Notes under the pieces: model-generated
The model's input: only the letters and a program-made list of their open reading frames with translations
What the model was told of the DNA's origin: nothing
Database searches by the model: none
Position numbers and translations under genes: made by a program
From: an uncultured Acidimicrobiia bacterium
GTDB lineage: Bacteria > Acidobacteriota > Terriglobia > Versatilivoradales > Versatilivoraceae
Length of the DNA stretch: 64,000 nt
Reading direction: 5' to 3'
Assembly (NCBI GenBank): GCA_963786955.1
Contig: CAWBAT010000002.1
Location: forward strand, 32,001-96,000
Shown here: positions 49,230 to 59,398 of the stretch, one piece after another
Numbering within the stretch: position 1 is the stretch's first letter
Layout: every line of letters begins with the position of its first letter

Positions 49230-50159
49230 ATGGATCGAAAAAAGTTGATTCCCCTTGTCATTGTTTTCCTTGTTTTCTTGGGTGCGACGGGTTTTGCGCA
49301 GCAAGTCCGTCAAGATGTCGGGACAAAGCTCCTGATCCCTTCTTCAGTCAGAACCGCAACCTTTACTTCTTTTCTGGCCATCTTGAACCAGGATACCCAG
49401 TCGAATGACATACACATCCAGGCCCGGAACGCTGATGGTTCGACCATGGGTGAAACAAACATTACCTTGCCTGTGGGTGGGCGATTCAGAAGCACAGACA
49501 TTCTAGCAACCCTGGGAGTTGGGGTAGGCTCCTTTGGTCCGATTTCCATTGAATCAAACAATAGTCGACTCCTCAGTGCCGTTTCGGAAGTCACGAGTTC
49601 ACAGGGACCCGCCGGGTTTTTTCCGGGGGTGAATGTTCAGAGCGCCTGGCAACAAGGATATATTTTGGAGGTCAATGACACGGGGAACCAGGGGACTCCA
49701 GGCACCGTCCGGACGAATATAGGCCTCAACACGGTAGACGGTTCAGTCGCTCATGTCAGCATTCAGATGCTAAATAACACCGGTTCACCGGTCGGAGTTA
49801 CCATCAATCGGACTGTTGCGGGGAACGGTCTCACGCAAATTAATAGTGTCATACGGGAACTGCTGCAATCCGGCGGTGGAGTTACGGGGATAAACGGATA
49901 CCTTAAGATTGTATCGGATCGCCCAATCCTTGCATGGGCTAGCAAGGTTGAAAACGGAACCAACGATCCTAGCTTTCAAATCGCGATAGGCGCTGCTTCG
50001 ACTGTGGTCTCTCCGGCTCAGATCGAAGTGGCTGACACCAGAAATAACTTTCTCTTTGTCTTCTTTGCCTTCATGGGCACCGCACTTCTCCTTGGATGGC
50101 AAGGAAAAGGCAGGCGCGATGACCTTTCACAAGGCATCGTGGCCCAGGAAACCGCTTAG
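49230..50159 (+). CDS. Exported protein with two beta-sandwich repeats and a C-terminal membrane anchor
   Basis: Signal peptide ending GFA/Q, two related ~110-aa beta-rich units, and C-terminal hydrophobic FLFVFFAFMGTALLLGW followed by KGRR. Confidence 0.7.
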   Translation: MDRKKLIPLVIVFLVFLGATGFAQQVRQDVGTKLLIPSSVRTATFTSFLAILNQDTQSNDIHIQARNADGSTMGETNITLPVGGRFRSTDILATLGVGVGSFGPISIESNNSRLLSAVSEVTSSQGPAGFFPGVNVQSAWQQGYILEVNDTGNQGTPGTVRTNIGLNTVDGSVAHVSIQMLNNTGSPVGVTINRTVAGNGLTQINSVIRELLQSGGGVTGINGYLKIVSDRPILAWASKVENGTNDPSFQIAIGAASTVVSPAQIEVADTRNNFLFVFFAFMGTALLLGWQGKGRRDDLSQGIVAQETA

Positions 50160-50165
50160 TTCTCG

Positions 50166-51689
50166 ATGACCCGTTCACTTCTTGCGTTGCGACGATTGAT
50201 CCGGTTCGACTACCTTACCCAAAGCGTCGCTGACACTCGCGAAACTTTTCAACTTCATGCAACCCCTGAACCTGCGCTGTTGTTCGCGGAAAAATGCGAC
50301 CGGTTCATCCTTTCTGTCTTGGTTTTCCTCATTTTATTTTCCCCACTGGCGTACGGAAGTGTGGACTCCTGGGCTTATGTCCTGATCCGGGTGGGTGTCC
50401 TGGTCCTATTATCTGCCTTTCTTTTGCGTGCCGCCTACACGCGAGACTTTCACTTTTTAGCTCCTGCCTTTACACTTCCCGCTCTGCTCTTTCTGGTGCT
50501 CTTAATCATTCAGATCCTCCCGATCCCGATCTGGTTGCGGGACGTGGTTTCTCCGGCCCCTTTGAACCGTAGCCTGCTGCTCCCTTCATCTCCGGAATAT
50601 GGTGCGAAGCTTCTTCAATCGAGTTGGACCCAGATCTCACTTTATCCGCCTGTGACTTGGGACGCTCTGATTGATTTTTCTATCTGCCTTGTCCTGGCCT
50701 GGGTCATTTTTAATGCCATTCGTCAGAAAGACAGGCAGCGCACGGTTCTTCTTTCCGTTATCGGAATTGGGAGCTTCCAGGCCTTGTATGGCCTTCTCGA
50801 ATATTGCAGCGGGCGCCAGGGGATTTTTTTCTTTTCGAAAATGCATTACCGGGAAGATGTCACCGGGACCTATATCAATCATAACCACTTTGCAGGATTA
50901 CTGGACCTGAGCATCCCGATCCTTACTGCATTTCTATGGACAGTTTGTTCGGAACATGGCTTCCCGACAACAAAGGCAAATCACGCGAAATGGCCGAGAG
51001 AGACAATCTATCGGATTCTTACCTGGAGTGCCTTATTGAGTGCCATGCTTATAAGTCTGGTCTTGTCGCATTCTCGCGGAGGATTATTTTCAGTGGGCAG
51101 TTCTTTGTTACTTCTTGCCTTCTTTTTATTGAACCGAAGACGGCCTTCTGCAAACCGGATGAATAGGCTCATTTTGGCCCCAGTGCTCCTCGCGATGGCT
51201 TTTCTGAGCAATGAATTAATCTCCCGATTCTCCTACTCTTTCCGGGATGCCCCAGAGCGGATCGGGATCTGGAAAGATGCCACAAAGGTTGTGAAAGATT
51301 TTCCGCTCTGGGGGACAGGATTGGGGACCTTTAAGTATGTTTTGCCCAACTACCGCGAGAAAGTGGATATCGTGATGGTGGATGGAGTTCCCCGTCAAGC
51401 CAGCTGGAATTTTGCGCACAATGATTACTTGCAGCTTCTGGTTGAATGCGGAATCTTAGGTCTATTCCTGGCGGGTTGGGGGATCGCCCTTTGGGGCAGG
51501 CAGTTTCATCAAGGTCTTGAAATCACACCGAACGTTGAGAACCAGAACCTTCGCTATGGCCTGGCGTGTAGTGTCGTGGCGCTCCTCATTCACAGTTTTA
51601 TGGATTTTAATCTTCATATTCCTGCCAATGCATTCCTCTTTGTGGTTTGCCTGAGCCTCTCCATAAGCTATGGATCTTCCCAAGAATGA
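50166..51689 (+). CDS. O-antigen ligase family (Wzy_C) protein
   Basis: Multi-TM protein with motifs GTYINHNHFAG, SHSRGG, R.GIW, GTGLGTF, AHNDYLQ and HSFMDFNLHIPAN. Confidence 0.9.
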   Translation: MTRSLLALRRLIRFDYLTQSVADTRETFQLHATPEPALLFAEKCDRFILSVLVFLILFSPLAYGSVDSWAYVLIRVGVLVLLSAFLLRAAYTRDFHFLAPAFTLPALLFLVLLIIQILPIPIWLRDVVSPAPLNRSLLLPSSPEYGAKLLQSSWTQISLYPPVTWDALIDFSICLVLAWVIFNAIRQKDRQRTVLLSVIGIGSFQALYGLLEYCSGRQGIFFFSKMHYREDVTGTYINHNHFAGLLDLSIPILTAFLWTVCSEHGFPTTKANHAKWPRETIYRILTWSALLSAMLISLVLSHSRGGLFSVGSSLLLLAFFLLNRRRPSANRMNRLILAPVLLAMAFLSNELISRFSYSFRDAPERIGIWKDATKVVKDFPLWGTGLGTFKYVLPNYREKVDIVMVDGVPRQASWNFAHNDYLQLLVECGILGLFLAGWGIALWGRQFHQGLEITPNVENQNLRYGLACSVVALLIHSFMDFNLHIPANAFLFVVCLSLSISYGSSQE

Positions 51690-51698
51690 TGCGGAGAC

Positions 51699-51825
51699 GG
51701 GTGGAGCGGGTGCTCCGTCGCAGGCTGAAAGCGCGACGGGGGGACGGTGGTCCCAGGCGCGCGTTCCACCCTAGATGGCCAGACCGTTGAAAATACGAGA
51801 CCGTATTTATGAAACAGCGCACTCA
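51699..51825. repeat. REP-like element plus MITE terminal motif
   Basis: GGGTGGAGCG...CGTTCCACCC hairpin related to 29240-29298, followed by CGAGACCGTATTTATGAAACAGCGCACTCA, which resembles 23782-23811. Confidence 0.55.
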
Positions 51826-53193
51826 CCAATAAGCCCTTCGCTGGTACAGACCCCGAAATAAGGTAAAGACCAAGATCTTCACATCAAACCAGAGCCCCCA
51901 GTTCTTCAAGTAATACAGATCGTGCTCCACGCGCCTTTGGATGGATGTGTTCCCCCGCCATCCATTGATTTGAGCCCAGCCTGTCATACCGCATTGGATG
52001 TAATGTCGCTGCATGTAATGCGGCACTTCTTTCCTAAACATTTCGGTATAAAAGGGGCGCTCCGGGCGGGGACCCACCAGGCTCATTTGTCCCATGAAGA
52101 CATTCCATAATTGCGGGAGCTCATCCAGGTTAGTCCGACGCAGAAAACGTCCCAACGGAGTAAAGCGATCCGTATCTTGAGGCATCCACTCCGTGTCGCT
52201 GACCTTGTCCTCCACGTGAGTCATGGTTCTAAACTTCACCATCCAGAATCGTTTTCCCTTTAGGCCGACTCGCTGCTGGCGGAATAAAATGGGTCCTTGC
52301 GAGGAACAGCTGATGGCTAATGCGATGACGAGCATCAGGGGAGTGAGCAAAACAAAGAGGGAGAAAGAAGCAAGGAGGTCGAAAAGCCGCTTAAAAACGA
52401 AGTAGCCCAGCCTCTCCGTTGGGTAGGAATGAACGCTTACCAGCTTGATCCCCCCCATGTCATCGATAGGCCCGCGAGCGCCTAATGCCGGCGCCAAGCA
52501 TTCCATCACTTTGGCCTGCACGCCTTGTAACTCACAAGCTCTGATCAGGTCGACGAGTTTAAAAGAGCACTCAAGCGGCAATGCAATGATGACTTCATCC
52601 GGACAATCTCGTTCCAAGGATTCCATCAAATCATCCATCTCGCCCTTTCGGGGGTATGTGGTCTCGTCAGTTGAGCTAGGTCCAAAGACTCCGATCACCT
52701 GGTAGCCATAAAAAAGATGAGTTGAGATTGAATTGAGGATCTGGTCAACGAAAGGACTCAGGCCGACAAGGATTAACTTTTTCGTATTGATCCCTCGCTC
52801 GCGCAATCGGCGCAAAATTAAGCGCAACGTACTTCGAAAAATGGCAAGAGTAAGAAGGGCAAACGTGACAAACGGAATAAGGGATATCGGGTGGAGGGAA
52901 GACTCTCTGAGTACAAGATTCAAAATGGTTAGCAACGCAGAGACTAGAATCCAACTCTTGACAATAATTACCCTGTCTGAAAAACAAGATCCTGTCCGGC
53001 GCGAGTTGTAGAGCCCGAAGAAGGAGAGGGTCATGAGGCAGAAAGGGAAAAGCATTCCCAATCCTACCCAAAGAGCGAGCGGCGAATATTCCCGGGCACA
53101 CCACATCCTGACCGCCAAAAACGCAGCCGATAGGATCACGGCATCGAGTGCGGCGAGAAGGAAGTTTGTCATTCGCGTCCGTATTCTAAACAT
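51823..53193 (-). CDS. Undecaprenyl-phosphate glucose phosphotransferase (WcaJ-like)
   Basis: N-terminal TM helices and motifs [42 protein letters not shown] and DLYYLKNW. Confidence 0.92.
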   Translation of the reverse strand: MFRIRTRMTNFLLAALDAVILSAAFLAVRMWCAREYSPLALWVGLGMLFPFCLMTLSFFGLYNSRRTGSCFSDRVIIVKSWILVSALLTILNLVLRESSLHPISLIPFVTFALLTLAIFRSTLRLILRRLRERGINTKKLILVGLSPFVDQILNSISTHLFYGYQVIGVFGPSSTDETTYPRKGEMDDLMESLERDCPDEVIIALPLECSFKLVDLIRACELQGVQAKVMECLAPALGARGPIDDMGGIKLVSVHSYPTERLGYFVFKRLFDLLASFSLFVLLTPLMLVIALAISCSSQGPILFRQQRVGLKGKRFWMVKFRTMTHVEDKVSDTEWMPQDTDRFTPLGRFLRRTNLDELPQLWNVFMGQMSLVGPRPERPFYTEMFRKEVPHYMQRHYIQCGMTGWAQINGWRGNTSIQRRVEHDLYYLKNWGLWFDVKILVFTLFRGLYQRRAYW

Positions 53194-53386
53194 GAGGGTT
53201 GCTCTTCTAGACTATCGCATCTATTTTTAGCAGTTTTGGACGGTGATCGGAGCTCTTTTGCGCCGAGCGGTCGGAAATTAAACACGAATCCGACGATTTC
53301 GATCTCAATTGGAGGGCCAATCTTTGTGAGTGGAGTCGGCCGGATGCCTCGGTTTGAGGAAGCAATAGCTCGAATGTTTTGTAGCG

Positions 53387-54586
53387 TTACAAGGTGGGGC
53401 GGGCACTCTTGCGCAGAACCGATTCATAGACCGAATCGACTGCCTCAAGAGCTGCACCGCGGCGCAATCGAAAACCATCGTCGACCAGGATCTTCTCGAT
53501 TGCGTTCAAGAAAAGGGTCAACTTGTTGCGAGTCGAAGAATATCCCATCAGACCGACACGCCAGACCTTTCCTTTCAGAGGCCCGAGTCCACCACCAATT
53601 TCGATCCCAAACTCTTGCAGCAGCCGGGCGCGGACTCGCGGGTCCGAAATCCCTTCTGGAATCTTGATAGTATTGAGACTCCACAACCGTGCTTCTGGGC
53701 GGACGAGCATTTCAAGGCCCATGGCTTCAATACCCGCCACCAGGGCAAGGTGGCTTAATCGATGGCGCTCCCAGCGCTTTTCTAAGCCCTCTTCCTCGAC
53801 CAGGCGCAAGGCTTCACGTAATGCATAGTTCATCGAAATCGGCGCGGTATGGTGATACGTTCGGTCCTCCCCCCAGTACTTCTCGACCAGACTGAGGTCT
53901 AGATACCAGGACTGAACCTTTGACTTTCTCTTGCGCAGTTTGTCCACCGACCGTGCAGAAAACGTCACGGGAGCCAGGCCGGGAGGGCAGCTGAGGCATT
54001 TTTGTGTCCCACTATAAGCAACATCAACCTGATGTTTATCGATCCCGACGGGAATTCCGCCGAGCGAAGTCACACAGTCCACGAGCAAAAGAGTCTCGGG
54101 AAAATCTCTTAATATTTCCTGGATCATCGGAAGTGGAGTCAACACGCCTGTCGATGTTTCGGCATGAACCACGGCGAGAATCGCAGGATGATCCTTCCTG
54201 ATGCAGGCGCGAATTTGTTCAGGATCCAACGAACTCCCCCAAGGGGCGTCGACTCGAACGAGTTTTCCGCCACACCGCCCGACGATATCGGCCATTCGTT
54301 CGCCAAAAACTCCATTTACACAGACCAAGACGGTGTCTCCTGGCTCGACGAGATTCACGAATGCGGTTTCCATCCCGGCGCTGCCTGTGCCTGAAATGGG
54401 AATCGTCAATTTATTCTGGGTCTCAAAGAGGGTGCGAAGCGATGCTTGGATGTCATCCATGATCGAAAGGAATTCAGGATCCAGATGCCCCAGAAGAGGC
54501 GCCGCCATCGCCGCCAGCACGCGCGGGTCCGCATCACTGGGACCGGGCCCGAGAAGAATACGCTTCGACGGATGAAATTCTTTCAT
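53387..54586 (-). CDS. Alanine-glyoxylate / serine-pyruvate aminotransferase (class V PLP)
   Basis: Motifs [38 protein letters not shown] and YHHTAP. Confidence 0.93.
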   Translation of the reverse strand: MKEFHPSKRILLGPGPSDADPRVLAAMAAPLLGHLDPEFLSIMDDIQASLRTLFETQNKLTIPISGTGSAGMETAFVNLVEPGDTVLVCVNGVFGERMADIVGRCGGKLVRVDAPWGSSLDPEQIRACIRKDHPAILAVVHAETSTGVLTPLPMIQEILRDFPETLLLVDCVTSLGGIPVGIDKHQVDVAYSGTQKCLSCPPGLAPVTFSARSVDKLRKRKSKVQSWYLDLSLVEKYWGEDRTYHHTAPISMNYALREALRLVEEEGLEKRWERHRLSHLALVAGIEAMGLEMLVRPEARLWSLNTIKIPEGISDPRVRARLLQEFGIEIGGGLGPLKGKVWRVGLMGYSSTRNKLTLFLNAIEKILVDDGFRLRRGAALEAVDSVYESVLRKSARPTL

Positions 54587-54692
54587 TCAGTCTCCTTTGC
54601 CGTGCTCCAAGACCCTGACCCTGTCTTTCCATGGGAAAGCGGGAAGCTGACATCCAGCGAATCGTGAGGGCACGCCCTAATCGAATATGTGT

Positions 54693-55877
54693 TCAAAGAA
54701 TTCCCAGCCTCTTGGCAACTCGCTGCATGACGTCCAAAGCATATTGCAGTTGTTCCCGAGAGTGAGTGGCAGTGACAATGGTTCGAATCCTCGACTTGGA
54801 CTCCGGGACCGTCGGATACCCAATCCCTTGGGCAAACACCCCTTCCTTGAAAAGTTCGTCGGCAAAGCTCATTGCCAGTTCACCTTTTCCAATCATCACC
54901 GGATTGATGGGTGTTTCGCTGGAGCCGGTATTGAAGCCCAGCTTGTCCAGGCCATCTTTAAAGAACCGCGCATTTTTCCATAGCCTCTCGATCCAATGAG
55001 GCTCTTTTTCCAAAATGTCGAAGGCCGCTAGACAGGTGGCCGCGACTGCGGGGGGATGCGAAGTGGAAAAGAGGAAAGGCCGGGCACGGTGATAGAGATA
55101 CTCGATCAAATTTCGACTGCCGCATACATAGCCGCCCATAGCTCCGATCGCTTTGGAGAGAGTCCCTACCTGAATATCCACTTTCCCGTGCAGGCCGAAA
55201 TGGTCAATGGTCCCCCGGCCGCTCTTTCCCAATACGCCACTGGCATGGGCATCGTCAACCATCATGATGGCCCCATAGCGCGCCGCCAGTTCGACAATTT
55301 TCGGCAAAGGGGCAATGTCTCCATCCATGGAGAAAACGCCGTCCGTAATCACCAGCTTCTTTCCCGGCAAGGCCTGGGTCTCGGCAAGTATTTTCTCCAA
55401 GGCTTCCGTATCCTTATGGGGGAAGACACGAATGTCAGCCCGTGACAGACGACAGCCGTCGATGATACTGGCATGATTCAGCTCATCCGAGATAATGAGG
55501 TCCCCTTTTCCCAGTATCGCCGAAACTGTCCCGGCATTCGCGGTGAATCCAGACTGAAAAACGACGCAGGCCTCCACATTCTTAAATTGGGCAATTCGTT
55601 TTTCCAACTCGACATGGATCTTCATGGTTCCGGCTATACTCCGAACCGCGCCCGAACCTACTCCAAACCGTTCGGTGGCTTCGATGGCCGCTCGAACCAA
55701 CGCTGGATGCGTATTCAGCCCGAGGTAGTTATTGGAAGAAAGATTGACGACCATGCGGCCATCAAAACGAGCCTGGGGAAGTTGCTGGCCTTCCAGGATG
55801 CGCAGCGAGCGATACAATCCCTTTTCATGCAACTCATGGAGTTCGTGAGAGAGAAAGGTATCAAGCTGAATGGACAT
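54693..55877 (-). CDS. kbl: PLP-dependent acyl-CoA transferase (glycine C-acetyltransferase Kbl / BioF family)
   Basis: Motifs SSNNYLGL, SDELNHASIIDG, TDGVFSMDGD, VDDAH and GTLSKA. Kbl versus BioF activity cannot be resolved from sequence. Confidence 0.8.
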   Translation of the reverse strand: MSIQLDTFLSHELHELHEKGLYRSLRILEGQQLPQARFDGRMVVNLSSNNYLGLNTHPALVRAAIEATERFGVGSGAVRSIAGTMKIHVELEKRIAQFKNVEACVVFQSGFTANAGTVSAILGKGDLIISDELNHASIIDGCRLSRADIRVFPHKDTEALEKILAETQALPGKKLVITDGVFSMDGDIAPLPKIVELAARYGAIMMVDDAHASGVLGKSGRGTIDHFGLHGKVDIQVGTLSKAIGAMGGYVCGSRNLIEYLYHRARPFLFSTSHPPAVAATCLAAFDILEKEPHWIERLWKNARFFKDGLDKLGFNTGSSETPINPVMIGKGELAMSFADELFKEGVFAQGIGYPTVPESKSRIRTIVTATHSREQLQYALDVMQRVAKRLGIL

Positions 55878-55891
55878 AGAGGAGTCTTCCG

Positions 55892-56185
55892 TTAATGTGC
55901 CGTGAACTGGTGTTCTTCTGTGAAATTGAGGACTTCAATATGAGATCGAATGCGTACATTTCCTGGGCGATGGCTGACAACAATTTTCACCTGGGGGGAA
56001 TCCTCGCTCGGGCCCTTTTTTGCCTTGAGGGACTCAAGAACTTTCTCCGTAATTTGATTGGATTCGCTATCTGCAAATCCGCTTTTTGAAAGAGTGATCC
56101 GAAGAAAATCTTGAAATAGTTTTTCGAATCCGGGTGCGAGAGGCAATTCGAGAGTCAAATCTCCGTTAACCTTAAAATGATCCAT
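55892..56185 (-). CDS. Small hypothetical protein, possibly a degenerate RsbW/HATPase-like fold
   Basis: 97 aa from the ATG at 56185 (AAGGA RBS), co-oriented with small gaps to its neighbours. The pattern LTLELP...SGFADSE...VKIVVS resembles anti-sigma kinase N-termini but has no N or G boxes. Confidence 0.5.
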   Translation of the reverse strand: MDHFKVNGDLTLELPLAPGFEKLFQDFLRITLSKSGFADSESNQITEKVLESLKAKKGPSEDSPQVKIVVSHRPGNVRIRSHIEVLNFTEEHQFTAH

Positions 56186-56204
56186 CAGCCAGTCCTTTAG
56201 CAGA

Positions 56205-56573
56205 TCACAAAAAGTGGGGATAGTGTACGATCCGTGCGGTAATCCATCCCATGAATACCCCCACCGGAAATAGGGCAACCAGACTGATCGCCAGCGCAAG
56301 CGGCAGACTTCTCCCGGTGCGCAGGACGAAGCTCCCTATAAAGAAAGCTCCGGCAAAAAATCCGGCCAGCGGGGCGATCATACCCAAAGTCCCGTGGGAA
56401 CACCAGGGGCAGTGCAGGGAAGCCGCCTGGTGAATATTGCAAAGTTGGCCGGCAGTAGTCCAGAGCCATGAGCAGCCGCAGGCAAATATCCAGCCACAAA
56501 AAGGAGCCATGATGACTGAGGATCCGACCAACACGACCATCGCCAGGATGATCTTTTCAGGCTGAATATGCAT
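56205..56573 (-). CDS. Small membrane protein with a Cys/His motif
   Basis: AGGAG RBS, three hydrophobic segments, and motif C-x5-CGC-x9-CNIH-x5-HCPWC. Confidence 0.7.
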   Translation of the reverse strand: MHIQPEKIILAMVVLVGSSVIMAPFCGWIFACGCSWLWTTAGQLCNIHQAASLHCPWCSHGTLGMIAPLAGFFAGAFFIGSFVLRTGRSLPLALAISLVALFPVGVFMGWITARIVHYPHFL

Positions 56574-56601
56574 GCGGCCGAATCTCCTGGAGGCAGTATA
56601 G

Positions 56602-56640
56602 AAAAAAAGGGCGACGCCTTCAACTGGCGTCGCCCTTTTT
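56602..56640 (-). terminator. Intrinsic (potentially bidirectional) terminator downstream of groEL
   Basis: A7-GGGCGACGCC-ttcaact-GGCGTCGCCC-T5, a perfect 10-bp GC-rich stem with A and T tracts on either side. Confidence 0.9.
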
Positions 56641-56731
56641 AATGCATGTCTATAATCGATTCTTTTGATTTAAACCTCAGCAGGCCGAAGAACCCATGCT
56701 CTCTGGCGCCTCCGAGGTTCTTAAGTTTGGA

Positions 56732-58354
<1,623 letters not shown>

Positions 58355-58405
58355 TTATCCTCCCGAAAAAGAATAGATGAATTAAAATCCCAATGAAGTC
58401 CTTCT

Positions 58406-58711
58406 TTACCTTTTGCCCGCTGCTGTTTCTGTGATGGCTAATATTTCGTCTTCGCGCATGATCAAATACTCGTCACCATCGATCTTGACTTCAGAACCTG
58501 AATACTTCGCAAATAGGATATGATCTCCTGGCTTGACGGTCGTATCCAGGCGGGTGCCATTTTCCAGGATCTTGCCATTCCCAATCGCCACGACGGCACC
58601 TTCTTGAGGCTTTTCTTTTGCGGTGTCGGGAATAATGATCCCACCCTTGGCCAGATCCTGTGAATCTAGTCTTTTTACGAGGACCCGGTCGCGCAATGGC
58701 CTGAATTTCAT
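58406..58711 (-). CDS. groS: Co-chaperonin GroES
   Basis: [10 protein letters not shown] and [24 protein letters not shown] before 58711. Confidence 0.98.
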   Translation of the reverse strand: MKFRPLRDRVLVKRLDSQDLAKGGIIIPDTAKEKPQEGAVVAIGNGKILENGTRLDTTVKPGDHILFAKYSGSEVKIDGDEYLIMREDEILAITETAAGKR

Positions 58712-58745
58712 CTTTTTGCTCCTTTTAAACAGAAAATGAGGTTGG

Positions 58746-58772
58746 TTAGCACTCAATCGCTTCGAGTGCTAG
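58746..58772. promoter_or_regulatory. CIRCE element (HrcA operator)
   Basis: TTAGCACTC-N9-GAGTGCTAG, one mismatch to the consensus, between the promoter and groES. Confidence 0.95.
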
Positions 58773-58779
58773 CAGGAAG

Positions 58780-58808
58780 TTTATAGTCAAATCAATTTTT
58801 CTTGTCAA
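58780..58808 (-). promoter_or_regulatory. Sigma70-type promoter of groES-groEL
   Basis: Minus strand TTGACA-N17-TATAAA immediately upstream of the CIRCE element. Confidence 0.8.
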
Positions 58809-59217
58809 GCGGAAACAAACCTAGAGGCATCCAATGAAGGAACGAACAAACAGCTTTTCCTAAAATATTCGATCTGGCCACAAAAATTTTGTAAATTGAG
58901 TATTAGACAAGGTTGAAAATGACAGGCCCTTATTTTCCGAAGCGAAACTCTGCAATTAGACCTTGAAATTATGAAGGCACTTGAAAGAGGACACCGGGAT
59001 GATTAGAGTTAAGCAATGATCAATTAAGCTGTATATTTAAGGCACTAACAGATTGAACCATTGAAGAGAAATATGAAAAATAAATGCTAATATTCTAAAA
59101 TTCACGTAAACAGCTTTTGAGCAAGGGGGAATAGACTAATCTGGCTAAGCTGAAGAAAGGGGATCGAATCTCAGGAGCTCTGGCCAATGAATGGGATTTA
59201 AGGGATCTTAGTTTATT

Positions 59218-59245
59218 AGTTTACATAATATACCTTATCAGACGT
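59218..59245 (-). other. dif: dif site (XerC/XerD chromosome dimer resolution site)
   Basis: Minus strand ACGTCTGATAA-GGTATA-TTATGTAAACT has the 11-6-11 architecture. The XerD arm TTATGTAAACT is the conserved dif arm. It lies in an AT-rich intergenic region. Confidence 0.85.
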
Positions 59246-59398
59246 TTGATAATGATCAGTTGATGGACGACATTTAATGCAATGGTTCCCTCCGTTCCGT
59301 ATCCTCGTGCATTATATTGAACTCTTACCCCTTATAGTTCATACAGATCTAGTCACTCTGTTGTAAGATGATTTCCAGAATTCAATTGGGTGGCCCTC

